From: an uncultured bacterium
GTDB taxonomy: Bacteria; Babelota; Babeliae; Babelales; Babelaceae
Reading direction: 5' to 3'
NCBI GenBank assembly: GCA_963848965.1
Contig: CAWKFG010000004.1
Span: 224,001 to 288,000, forward strand
Length of the DNA stretch: 64,000 bases
A program made the position numbers and the translations under genes. Of this stretch, positions 33,747 to 42,970 are shown piece after piece. Under the pieces are notes generated by a model. The model was not told the origin of the DNA and did no database searches. It worked only from the letters and a program-made list of their open reading frames with translations. Numbering within the stretch: the stretch's first letter is position 1; every line of letters starts with the position of its first letter.

Positions 33747-33814
33747 ACTCGTTCCTCTATTTTTCAGTACTACGCTTCTAGTATACAGCAAATTAAGAAA
33801 TGAAGCTTCTGCCT

Positions 33815-34093
33815 TTATTCAATAACGCGAAATACTCCTCTATAGTCTCGATCTTTTAAAAAAGGCTCTATTTCAATGTCTTGCACATCTGCTTGTGGTG
33901 ACTCTTTGTGTATTATATCTACAAAATCGTCTACATGCTCTTTTTCACCGCAGATAATTATTTTTACTTTACTACCCCCTACTGGCTGAGCAAGACCTTC
34001 AAGTTCAAATTTACGTGCATACTTTTGCACTATATCTTGCAAAAACTCCGTCTTTGGCTCCACTGTTAATGTTATCTTCAGACATTTATTCAT
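33815..34093 (-). CDS. Acylphosphatase-like protein (degenerate)
   Basis: Fold-like pattern ARKFELEG..VKIIICG..F; lacks VQGVGFR. Confidence 0.6.
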   Translation of the reverse strand: MNKCLKITLTVEPKTEFLQDIVQKYARKFELEGLAQPVGGSKVKIIICGEKEHVDDFVDIIHKESPQADVQDIEIEPFLKDRDYRGVFRVIE

Positions 34094-34193
34094 TATCCCT
34101 CTCCTCTTTGAAAATCTATATCCTACTGTTGATGAACATTAGCAAAGTACGCTCCCTAAAGTCAAAATTTATGCTATTTTTTTGCAATTTCTT

Positions 34194-34227
34194 AAAAAAA
34201 AGCACCGTGGCATAATCCACGGTGCTT
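34194..34227 (-). terminator. Intrinsic terminator of the ATAD3-like gene
   Basis: AAGCACCGTGG / CCACGGTGCTT stem with a T tract on the minus strand. Confidence 0.85.
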
Positions 34228-34244
34228 GAACGTATGTTCTGTAT

Positions 34245-35801
34245 TTATGCAGCTGCAGCTGCGTGCGGTTTACCAAATCCTGCAATTCCTGTTTTCTTCT
34301 GTTCTATCTTTGTGTTAGCAACATCTTGAACAATATCTGCAGTTAATGCTCCACTCTCAGTTGCATATGCTCGTGATTGCCACTCAAGAACAAGCTGAGA
34401 AATTTCACGCCCAACAAAGCCTTCAAGCTTTTTATTCAGAGCGTCTACTGCATCTTCATTTAATGCATTTGGTTCAATCACAATAGCTTTTGGTGCTTCT
34501 TTTGAACCAAAGAGACGACCTAAGAATGAAGTTGCTTGTGGCTGCAATTGAGATGGATCTTCTAAGTACTTATGAATATATTGTTTCAATATATGCTTAC
34601 GCTGCTCTGAAGCTGGTGCATCAATTTTTATTTGTTCAGCACAACGGCTTAAGAATGCACCATCAAGATCTTCTGGACGATTGGTCAACGCTATTACCAT
34701 AAAGTCACGAGTCTCTGTTCCAGTGTAGGTTAGAATATGAGTGAGTAGCTTACGAGTATTTTCACTTAAATTCTTATCTCTGTTTGCAAAAAGAATTTCT
34801 GCTTCATCAATAATAATCATAAGTTTCTTTGCAGACTTTTTAGCAAATTCAAAAAGCTCGGTAAGTTGGCTTAAAGCTAAATCAAGGCTCATGGTATCTA
34901 AAGCAGATGCAGCAAAATAAATATAGTCAAGACCACAGTTGTATGCTAATCGTTTTGCTAACATAGTTTTACCAGTTCCTGGAGGACCATAAAAAAGAAT
35001 ATTCTTTAAGTATGCTCCATTTTTTATGGTATTTTTTAACGATTCTGCAAGTTTAGAAACACGCTCTTGTAATTTTGGTTCTAGAATAACATCTTCTATC
35101 TTTCCTTGCGGCGGCTTTATACCATAGATAAAGTTACCCATTCTTTCACGCCATGTAAGCAATGATGTTTCTTGAGCCAAACGAGGTATTCTGTACCAAT
35201 GGCTAATCATTTGAGCAGCAAGAGCAGTACCATGTTTTGCACCAAATACACCGAGTGCTAAACCAGTACCTGCTAATACGAGCAATCGCGCATTCTTAGG
35301 CTCAGTACATGCTTTAATAACGTTATTGACGTTATCCCTCATTGCTTTTGCATTTTCCTTTGCATGAATACTTGCTTTTATAGCAGTTTTTTGCTTTTCT
35401 GTTTCTGCTTTTCGTTCATCTTCTTCCATTCTAAAAACACCTGCAATTCCTTCTTTTGCTACATCAAACAGTGCAGCTCCTGCTTTATCCCAGCGTTCAT
35501 TAGAATTTAAATGTGTTTTCTGATATTCAGCCTTCATCTTCTGAATTTCAATACGTTCTTCAGGAGTTTGAGCATCTCTCAAATCAGCATCAAACTTACG
35601 CATCTGTTCTTCGTGATTGCGCTTTCTTTGCTCAGCTGCATCTCGAATATTTCTGTCCATATCTTTTGCAAATTGAGCAGTTTCGTTAGCCCACCATTCA
35701 TGGGCATTAAAGTTCTTGTGGCCTCTCATACCATAAGCAGGGGCAGAGAGTAAGGGAATACTAAAAAGTAGCAAGTACTTTTTCTTACATAATAGTTTCA
35801 T
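34245..35801 (-). CDS. ATAD3-like membrane-anchored AAA+ ATPase
   Basis: Coiled coil, TM segment LAGTGLALGVFGAKHGT, PRLAQETS, NILFYGPPGTGKT, IIIDEAE, TNRPEDLD, GFVGREISQL, AYATESGALT. Confidence 0.88.
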   Translation of the reverse strand: MKLLCKKKYLLLFSIPLLSAPAYGMRGHKNFNAHEWWANETAQFAKDMDRNIRDAAEQRKRNHEEQMRKFDADLRDAQTPEERIEIQKMKAEYQKTHLNSNERWDKAGAALFDVAKEGIAGVFRMEEDERKAETEKQKTAIKASIHAKENAKAMRDNVNNVIKACTEPKNARLLVLAGTGLALGVFGAKHGTALAAQMISHWYRIPRLAQETSLLTWRERMGNFIYGIKPPQGKIEDVILEPKLQERVSKLAESLKNTIKNGAYLKNILFYGPPGTGKTMLAKRLAYNCGLDYIYFAASALDTMSLDLALSQLTELFEFAKKSAKKLMIIIDEAEILFANRDKNLSENTRKLLTHILTYTGTETRDFMVIALTNRPEDLDGAFLSRCAEQIKIDAPASEQRKHILKQYIHKYLEDPSQLQPQATSFLGRLFGSKEAPKAIVIEPNALNEDAVDALNKKLEGFVGREISQLVLEWQSRAYATESGALTADIVQDVANTKIEQKKTGIAGFGKPHAAAAA

Positions 35802-35819
35802 AGTTGTTCCTTTTTAAGG

Positions 35820-37157
35820 TTATGCCGTTTTTCGTGTTTGAGGTTCTGGCACAGTATTTTCTAGATCCATATAGCTCTTATAGAGATTATATGCCTTCCA
35901 GCCAGCAATACATGCTATTGGAAAAGCGATAAAGAATGAAATTCGCGCATTGGCACTACTTTTTGCAGTCCACCATTGACGTAAAAGCCGAGCTGGCATA
36001 AATGAAATTGCATCATGACCTTTGGCTACATAGTCTTTAATATCTTTTTCTATTGCTTTTATCTCTGCCTCTGGTTTAAAAGACTCTTTTGCTTTCTTAT
36101 AGTCCTCAAGTATCTTTTTAAGTTCTTCCATATGATTTACTATATACTCTGCCCATAGTGCATTACTGCCATTATCAAAGAGTTTTACAGCCCATCCAAG
36201 ACCAATGAGCTCAATAATAGCACGGCCAGTAGGTGAATAAATCCATTCAGGTATGCCCCACTTAAACCGTTTATTAAACCATCCCATACCTGACACAAAG
36301 CTGTCTGAGCGATCACGTACAAAAGCAAGAAAAGGGTTTGAGCCCCATTGGAGCCACTTTAAAATCGATACAATAGAAATAGGCATAGAGTCAGATTCTA
36401 CTACTTCACCATATTCATTTTTTTCATAGACCTTACCATATCTGTTATCCCAGATAGATATATCTTCTAAAAACTTACTTTTAAGCAGCGTGGTAGCTTT
36501 CTCTACACCAAAGCGAACCATTAAAGGAACTATTGTCTCTTGTTTAAAGGGATTGTATTTGATTAAGCTATGATACTTTTGAATATAGTTTCGTAAAGGA
36601 TCTGCTAAGCTACTTTTCTTTCTTCTATGATTTACGAGCATCTTACCTAACATACTCTTTTCATCATACTCTTTTTCAAAAGCATCTTGTGCTTTTTGTA
36701 CTTTTTCAAGCTCATCAAGTATCTGCTGATAGTGCTCTTTAACGTGCCCTGTTATTTTAGCAATTCTGTTATTATGAATTCGTTTATAAAGAAAGATATC
36801 GCTTACAATATTTGCAGCAAAGAAGCTTCCTTCAACTGCATCCTTATTATAGATCCCAAACCGGGGTATAAATTGTGAAGAGCTTGCAGCTGTTGCCCAT
36901 AAAAGCGTATTCTGCCATCTAATTTTATTGTCTCGAGCTTCTTCTTTCTTTTTTTCCTGCTTTTCCTGACGTGCTTCTTCTTTGCGTATAATCTCTTCAG
37001 GATTTGCTTCTTCCAAAATAGTTGGTATTTCTCGTATAGTAGCATCTATCTCAGCTTGCTCTTCTGGCGAAAGCTTTCCTTGTGTATTTTCCATTGCCTG
37101 TACAGAAGACAGGATACACAATAGACTACTGACTATACCTATTTTTGCTCTCTTCAT
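35820..37157 (-). CDS. Hypothetical secreted coiled-coil/membrane protein, co-oriented with the ATAD3-like gene
   Basis: GGAGG RBS, signal peptide, charged helices, C-terminal TM; 18-bp gap to the next gene. Confidence 0.7.
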   Translation of the reverse strand: MKRAKIGIVSSLLCILSSVQAMENTQGKLSPEEQAEIDATIREIPTILEEANPEEIIRKEEARQEKQEKKKEEARDNKIRWQNTLLWATAASSSQFIPRFGIYNKDAVEGSFFAANIVSDIFLYKRIHNNRIAKITGHVKEHYQQILDELEKVQKAQDAFEKEYDEKSMLGKMLVNHRRKKSSLADPLRNYIQKYHSLIKYNPFKQETIVPLMVRFGVEKATTLLKSKFLEDISIWDNRYGKVYEKNEYGEVVESDSMPISIVSILKWLQWGSNPFLAFVRDRSDSFVSGMGWFNKRFKWGIPEWIYSPTGRAIIELIGLGWAVKLFDNGSNALWAEYIVNHMEELKKILEDYKKAKESFKPEAEIKAIEKDIKDYVAKGHDAISFMPARLLRQWWTAKSSANARISFFIAFPIACIAGWKAYNLYKSYMDLENTVPEPQTRKTA

Positions 37158-37277
37158 AAAATATAGTTCCTCCATTCTAAAAAAACCCCCATAATTTTAA
37201 TGCTTTTTCTATGGTACCGGTTCTCCATTTTTTTATCAAATGGTTTGGCAAAAGGCACATTTTACTGAGAGATCTTG

Positions 37278-37844
37278 CTAACTTTGCAAAGTGATGCCCT
37301 TTATAAGGTATTCAATGAGCTTTGCTCTGCGTAGATGATCACGAGTAGACTCTTTAGAAAAACCACTACCAAATATAGCCATTCCCATCGCTGACGATAT
37401 AACAAATGCGCTCGCAGCTAGACTCGCCATCAGTTTTTCACGTTCAAGTTCTCTTTCCTCCTGCTCAAGGTGCGCTCTTACACTACGAGATGCTATTGTT
37501 TGAGCAATTTTGACAATCTCTATCTTTTCTGGAAGAGTCCTCGTACGTCTACCTTCAAAGTAAGCTCCCATAGCAACTCCTGTTATAGCAAGAAGAGCTC
37601 CGCTTACAAGTTTAACTATATCCTTTGGATGAAACATTCGTGCTTGTTTTTCACCTAATTTCACCGCCTTACGAGCATAGTCCAGGAGTTCTTCTTTTTC
37701 AGATGCAGTAAACTCACCTTTAATAAACCGTTCAACTTCTTCAACAGAATTATTTTTAATTGCATCAATAAAATTTTTCTGGATAGAAAAAAGTGAAACT
37801 GTTGTAAACAACATAGAAAGATATATACCTATAGTATATTTCAT
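37278..37844 (-). CDS. Hydrophobic-hairpin paralog family member
   Basis: Signal peptide; FIDAIKNNSVEEV; two TM segments; LRRAKLIE. Confidence 0.7.
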   Translation of the reverse strand: MKYTIGIYLSMLFTTVSLFSIQKNFIDAIKNNSVEEVERFIKGEFTASEKEELLDYARKAVKLGEKQARMFHPKDIVKLVSGALLAITGVAMGAYFEGRRTRTLPEKIEIVKIAQTIASRSVRAHLEQEERELEREKLMASLAASAFVISSAMGMAIFGSGFSKESTRDHLRRAKLIEYLIKGITLQS

Positions 37845-37938
37845 CGTATCCTTTATAGTAATTACCCCTATTCCGTTCAAACATTAGAGAGGTAGTGCAA
37901 GAATTACATAGTTCTCTACCTAATAGAATGCTCGTATC

Positions 37939-38436
37939 TTATTTTTCTGGAGCTTCTTGAACGCAACTTTCAATTTTGCATGCTTTTTTTAAAGCTCGTT
38001 GAGCGCTATACATAGTCCATCCACGATGTGTTTGTTGACATCCTACATACGATAGACCACCTCCTCCTGCTGCTAATACGAGCCCAAGGAGAGTAAGCGA
38101 AAGTTCGTCACCCAATTCAAGTAAAAACATTACAGATCCTACAACGGTCATTGGAAGTCCTACGTTTAGTAATAAAAATAGACCACCTACAAACCGTACC
38201 ATATCAGCTCCACTGCTAAAGAGGCTCTTGGTCTTATCTTTATACATTTTTACAGTATCGCTAATTTCTTTTAAAAGCAGCTTCTTTTGCTCTTTAGTAA
38301 GCGGACTTTGCTGCTTTACTAATTTTCTTACTTCTTTTACATCATTATTATCTATCGCACTAACAAGTGAATCTACGCAAAACGTAGATGCTGTAAAGCA
38401 AACAAACAAAGCAGCAGGTATAGAACGTATTTTCAT
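37939..38436 (-). CDS. Hydrophobic-hairpin paralog family member
   Basis: LVSAIDNNDVKEV, PLTKEQK, SLFSSGAD, bilobed hydrophobic region, ALKKACKIE. Confidence 0.75.
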   Translation of the reverse strand: MKIRSIPAALFVCFTASTFCVDSLVSAIDNNDVKEVRKLVKQQSPLTKEQKKLLLKEISDTVKMYKDKTKSLFSSGADMVRFVGGLFLLLNVGLPMTVVGSVMFLLELGDELSLTLLGLVLAAGGGGLSYVGCQQTHRGWTMYSAQRALKKACKIESCVQEAPEK

Positions 38437-38461
38437 AAATTCCCTACTAACATTATCACAA

Positions 38462-38496
38462 AAAAGAAAGCCATAAGAATCTTATGGCTTTCTTTT
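38462..38496. terminator. Terminator (near-perfect palindrome)
   Basis: AAAAGAAAGCCATAAGA-A-TCTTATGGCTTTCTTTT. Confidence 0.75.
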
Positions 38497-38516
38497 GTCT
38501 TTTAACATACTACTTA

Positions 38517-39074
38517 TTAGAGTACCGGCATTTCTTCGATATGTTTTTCTATTTTTCGTGCTTTTTCTAAAGCGCTATGAGCACTGTTCATTGACCAGCC
38601 TTTAGAGAAGAGCCACCATGAAAGACCTGCTATAACTGCGTTTGCTCCAGACCACAGAAAGAGCGTTCTTTTTACTAATTTTATGTCTTCTGGGTTATCC
38701 AAGCCTTTCTTATGAAGCTCTCTGCGGAACTCTGGGTTATTTTTATAGAGCGAGTCTACAGCTAATCCAATGCCAAAATTAGCAAGTGCCCCTAACGTTG
38801 CAGAAACTCCAACGATACCGCCAACTCCTACTTTTAGCAAGTCGTAGCCGCTTCTAAAGAGACTTTCTGTTTTTTCCTTGCACTCTCTAGCAATTTCATG
38901 AGCTGTAGCAAGATATTTAGCCTTCTGCTCAAGGGTCAAAGGTTCATGATGCTTTGCTAAATGTTTTACTTCATCAACATTTTGTGCTTCAATAGCATCC
39001 ATAAGCTTTGACGTACCATTCAGCGCTATAGTACTTGTAAGCACTAAAGCAGAAACTAATAAACTGTATTTCAT
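38517..39074 (-). CDS. Hydrophobic-hairpin paralog family member
   Basis: LMDAIEAQNVDEV, PLTLEQK, SLFRSGYD, ALEKARKIE. Confidence 0.75.
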   Translation of the reverse strand: MKYSLLVSALVLTSTIALNGTSKLMDAIEAQNVDEVKHLAKHHEPLTLEQKAKYLATAHEIARECKEKTESLFRSGYDLLKVGVGGIVGVSATLGALANFGIGLAVDSLYKNNPEFRRELHKKGLDNPEDIKLVKRTLFLWSGANAVIAGLSWWLFSKGWSMNSAHSALEKARKIEKHIEEMPVL

Positions 39075-39117
39075 AAAATACTCCTTAAAGATTAAACTAA
39101 TTACAAACTTTTGTTAC

Positions 39118-39621
39118 CTATTCTTTAAATACTGCAGCATTCACCAACTCTTCTATTTCATAAGCTTTATGTAAGTTACCAAGAGCGCTTGAGCGTAATG
39201 TTCCAAGATATACTTGCCATGCTCCCCCTACTACCATACCAGCTCCTAAACAAGCTTTTGCAGCAGACCATAAGGTAGCAGTTGTTTTTCCTTGTATTCC
39301 TTGCCACAATGTTCCGAATACTCCTCGTAAGCCCCACCCTAAGCCTAGGACTGCAGCTGTTCCTCCAAATCCAATTCTCATAAGATCAGTTTCACTTCTA
39401 AAAATAGACTCTGATTTGCTTTTATATGTTGAGATCAACTCCTGAACTTCATGTAAAAGCTGCTTCTTTTGCTCTTTAGTCAAAGCTGTTTCATTTTTTA
39501 AGAGCTCCTCTACCTGTTTTACATTGTTAGATTTTATAGCACTAAGCAGCTGATCTATACTAAAAGTTAAAGAAGTGTTTACAAGCATGAAAGCAGTTAG
39601 GAAAAAACGGATCTTGTTCAT
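39118..39621 (-). CDS. Hydrophobic-hairpin paralog family member
   Basis: LLSAIKSNNVKQV, ALTKEQK, SIFRSETD, Gly-rich TM segments, LHKAYEIE. Confidence 0.75.
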   Translation of the reverse strand: MNKIRFFLTAFMLVNTSLTFSIDQLLSAIKSNNVKQVEELLKNETALTKEQKKQLLHEVQELISTYKSKSESIFRSETDLMRIGFGGTAAVLGLGWGLRGVFGTLWQGIQGKTTATLWSAAKACLGAGMVVGGAWQVYLGTLRSSALGNLHKAYEIEELVNAAVFKE

Positions 39622-39772
39622 AAGATCTCCTTTACTTTATATAGAAACATATATCCAACTTATCCTAGAGTATGAAGGTTCTAAAAGTTCGTCAAGTGGT
39701 TCATAGTACTATATATACTATTTTATTTATTTTTTCTCACACACTGTAGTAATATCTAGTAAGGGGAGAGTT

Positions 39773-41083
39773 ATGAAAGTAGGAATTATTGGAGCAGGCG
39801 CTGCCGGACTAGCAACAGCCTGGCTCTTAGACAAAGACCATGAAATCATTCTTTTTGAACGGCAAGAGCGTATAGGCGGACATGCTCAAACAGTACCAAT
39901 CTCAGTTAATGGAGAGACTGTACCTATTGAAGCCGGATTTGAATTTTTTAATGATCGAATGTTTCCTTACTTCTCTCATCTTCTCAAGCTCCTGGGTATT
40001 CCTGTATGTGCTTATCCTCTTAGTTATACTTTTACTTCACGCCAAGGAATTCCCTTTATAGTACCTCCACTTCATAACGGTAACATTATCTGGCAATCAT
40101 TAACTCCTTCATATATTTCTACGCTTTTACAGTTTAAATATCTTATACATAAAGCTCACAAATGTATCTCTGATAAAGATACCTCTATTACGCTTAAAAA
40201 TTTTATAGAGCAGTTACACGTAACTCGCCATTTTAAAGATAATTTTTTTTATCCTTTTTTAGCTGCAGGATGGGGAACTTCACTAGAAGATTTTAAGACA
40301 TTCTCTGCTTATAATGTTTTAAGCTGGATCGTCAAAAACGCTCCTTCTGGTTTAAAACCGATTTTATGGAATGATATAGTATTTGGTACTACTTCATATA
40401 TTACAGCATTGGTACAGGATCTTACACATACTCACATTAAGCTCGGCTCTGCTATTAAACATATTACTTACACAAACAATAGTTACAGTATACAAGAAGA
40501 AAATGGTACAACAACGCACGTAGATACTCTCATTATAGCAACAAACGCTCATGAAGCCATACGTCTCTTAAGTGCAATTCCTGAAACAGAAGCACTTCGC
40601 TCTAACTTAGCTACTATTACGTACTTTCCTACTACTATTGCAATTCATGGCGATTATCGTTTTATGCCTCTCCATAAATCACTGTGGTCTATAGCAAATA
40701 TACGAACAACAAAGCATTATAGCGCTCTTACTATCTACAAACCCTGGAAAAGTATAAAACCCTTGTTTCGTAGTTGGATTACTCCTGATGATACTTACTT
40801 ACCAGAGCCACTTTATGCCCTTATAAAATATCGTCATGCTCGCGTTGATTATGCTTATTTTAAAGCTCAATCAGTCCTTGAAGAATGGCAGGGAAACAAT
40901 CAGCTCTGGCTTGCAGGACTCTATACTACCGGAATAGATTCTCACGAGAGTGCGCTTGTCTCTGCACTTACTATCGCTCAACAACTTGCTCCTCACTCCC
41001 AGAGACTGCATAATCTTATTACTCTTACAGGGGTTCAAGAACCTGAAAAAGCATTTTGCCCTCTTTTTATAAAGTATTCTTAA
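39773..41083 (+). CDS. FAD-dependent oxidoreductase (amine oxidase-like)
   Basis: GAGAAG Rossmann motif, RIGGHAQT, WLAGLY..DSHESA. Confidence 0.85.
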   Translation: MKVGIIGAGAAGLATAWLLDKDHEIILFERQERIGGHAQTVPISVNGETVPIEAGFEFFNDRMFPYFSHLLKLLGIPVCAYPLSYTFTSRQGIPFIVPPLHNGNIIWQSLTPSYISTLLQFKYLIHKAHKCISDKDTSITLKNFIEQLHVTRHFKDNFFYPFLAAGWGTSLEDFKTFSAYNVLSWIVKNAPSGLKPILWNDIVFGTTSYITALVQDLTHTHIKLGSAIKHITYTNNSYSIQEENGTTTHVDTLIIATNAHEAIRLLSAIPETEALRSNLATITYFPTTIAIHGDYRFMPLHKSLWSIANIRTTKHYSALTIYKPWKSIKPLFRSWITPDDTYLPEPLYALIKYRHARVDYAYFKAQSVLEEWQGNNQLWLAGLYTTGIDSHESALVSALTIAQQLAPHSQRLHNLITLTGVQEPEKAFCPLFIKYS

Positions 41084-41332
41084 CAGAGTACTAAGGAACA
41101 TGCATTAGCAGTGTATATTTACGTAGAGCCCGAGTATGCCATGAACTTTACCATTTCTAAAAAGTCTTTAATCGTCTTTGACTATCACATTACCTGAGCA
41201 CTGAAATTTTTACTCATTTTTTAAAAATCTCATCAGAATTCTCCCGTATTTATACTATTTGAAACAATCTCTTGAATCGACCTGCTTAAAATAGTTATTA
41301 TTAAAATAAAAAAATAATACATAGGAAAAGTT

Positions 41333-42865
41333 ATGAAAACGTCTTTTCTCATTAAAACAATTTTGGTAGGTACCTTTGTACTACAACTATCTCTTAATGC
41401 AGGGGGAAGTTCTACTCAGCAGTTTTCTCCAACTGAACTTAGCTTAATAAATCAGCAAATAAATATAGCTATGGCTACTTTAGGAGCTCAAAGTAGAGAA
41501 TCTCAATTACAAATGCGACCAGTTGCTGCAGTTGTATTACCTCCTGAATTGCAAAAGCAATTTTGGGGAATTATCTATAATCCGTCAGGAGGTAAACTAG
41601 CATCAACGCAAATAACATCTCCTGTTATTAGTAAATTTATAGAAGCTCTGGCAATAGGTCTTCCGGATGCACTGCAAACAAAACTGTGGGGCAAAGTCCT
41701 TTATTCCAAAGTAACAGAAGAATCAAAGAGGCAAACAAGACTCAACAAACGATATGATCATACTTGCTTTTTAATGGCACACAACGGCTATTCTGCAGAA
41801 CAGGCAGGCTTCATTTATGCAAACCAATATTATGATTTGAAAGGACAATTAGAACGCGGAGTTCGAGCATTTGAGCTTGATACTTATCATCGTTGTTGGG
41901 ACAAAGGCCTCGGTATTTTTGGTTCTTCTGGTTGTACAGTAAGCTTGTGCCACGGAAGTTGCGAAATTACTAAGTGGATACAGCCAAAAAAAGGACTTAC
42001 TTCAGGATTGTTTGAAGAAACAGGAGATCCTGCAGGATTTAAAGGCGCATTAGAAACAGTAAAAGACTTCTTACTTAAAAATCCCGATGAAGTTGTCTCC
42101 GTTTTTCTTGAAAATAGTGCAACAGCTCCAGGTAAGAAGGCTGGAGAGTTAGGAGAGCTTGATAAAAAGTTTGAAGAAGCTCAAGTTCAAAATATGGTTC
42201 TTAAGCCTACTGACTGGGATCCTATAGCACAACAAGGATGGCCAACTATTGCAAAACTAAAAGAATTAGGAAAAAGAATTGTTGTTTTTAATAGCAAATC
42301 ATCTGAAACTCATCAATATCCTACTTCACTGTCTTTTCAAAGTACTAAATATACCTATTACCGCTGGATATGTACTTTAGAAACACAGTATAGTACACTT
42401 GATATAGAAAAAGCAGCAAAAGAAAGAGGTGAATCTGCTGGTGCAGTAGAAAATTATACACGATATCTCTATGTACTCGACTATTTCCCTGAAGGTGGTA
42501 AAATTCTTGGTGGAGGAATATCTGATGTCATCAAAAAAATCGGCGGCAGTGAAGTTCCTTTTGGAGGAAACTATAAGCAAGTGAATGGCCCCGATTTAGA
42601 AAGATTCTTAAACAGGGTAGTTACAAAAGGCCTTGAAAATGGCATGTATAAGGGAAGGTATCCAAACTTTATACAAGTCGACTATTTCCATGAAGGGAAT
42701 CCTCTTGCACTTGTAAATAAGATTAATGAAATGGCAAACGATCCTCAAAAGCGAGCACAAATGTTTCGACCTCTTTTCAAAACTGAGGAAGAACTCAACT
42801 TTCAAAAAGGGATGGAAAGTGGTGGATTTGCTGCTCTTGGAAAGCTCTTTCAGCCAGTAAGATAA
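41333..42865 (+). CDS. Secreted PI-PLC X-domain (PLC-like phosphodiesterase) protein
   Basis: MAHNGY, NQ..QLERGVRAFELD, LCHG, NPDEVV..FLE, WPT, PNFIQVDY. Confidence 0.85.
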   Translation: MKTSFLIKTILVGTFVLQLSLNAGGSSTQQFSPTELSLINQQINIAMATLGAQSRESQLQMRPVAAVVLPPELQKQFWGIIYNPSGGKLASTQITSPVISKFIEALAIGLPDALQTKLWGKVLYSKVTEESKRQTRLNKRYDHTCFLMAHNGYSAEQAGFIYANQYYDLKGQLERGVRAFELDTYHRCWDKGLGIFGSSGCTVSLCHGSCEITKWIQPKKGLTSGLFEETGDPAGFKGALETVKDFLLKNPDEVVSVFLENSATAPGKKAGELGELDKKFEEAQVQNMVLKPTDWDPIAQQGWPTIAKLKELGKRIVVFNSKSSETHQYPTSLSFQSTKYTYYRWICTLETQYSTLDIEKAAKERGESAGAVENYTRYLYVLDYFPEGGKILGGGISDVIKKIGGSEVPFGGNYKQVNGPDLERFLNRVVTKGLENGMYKGRYPNFIQVDYFHEGNPLALVNKINEMANDPQKRAQMFRPLFKTEEELNFQKGMESGGFAALGKLFQPVR

Positions 42866-42872
42866 TTATCAA

Positions 42873-42895
42873 AAGGACTGGCAATGTCAGTCCTT
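42873..42895 (+). terminator. Hairpin terminator
   Basis: AAGGACTGGC-AAT-GTCAGTCCTT just after the stop codon. Confidence 0.6.
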
Positions 42896-42970
42896 CTACG
42901 CTGTATATTTTTTCTATTCTTTGCTATACTTTTTCTAAGCACTTACAGTTATTTTTTATATAGGCATATT

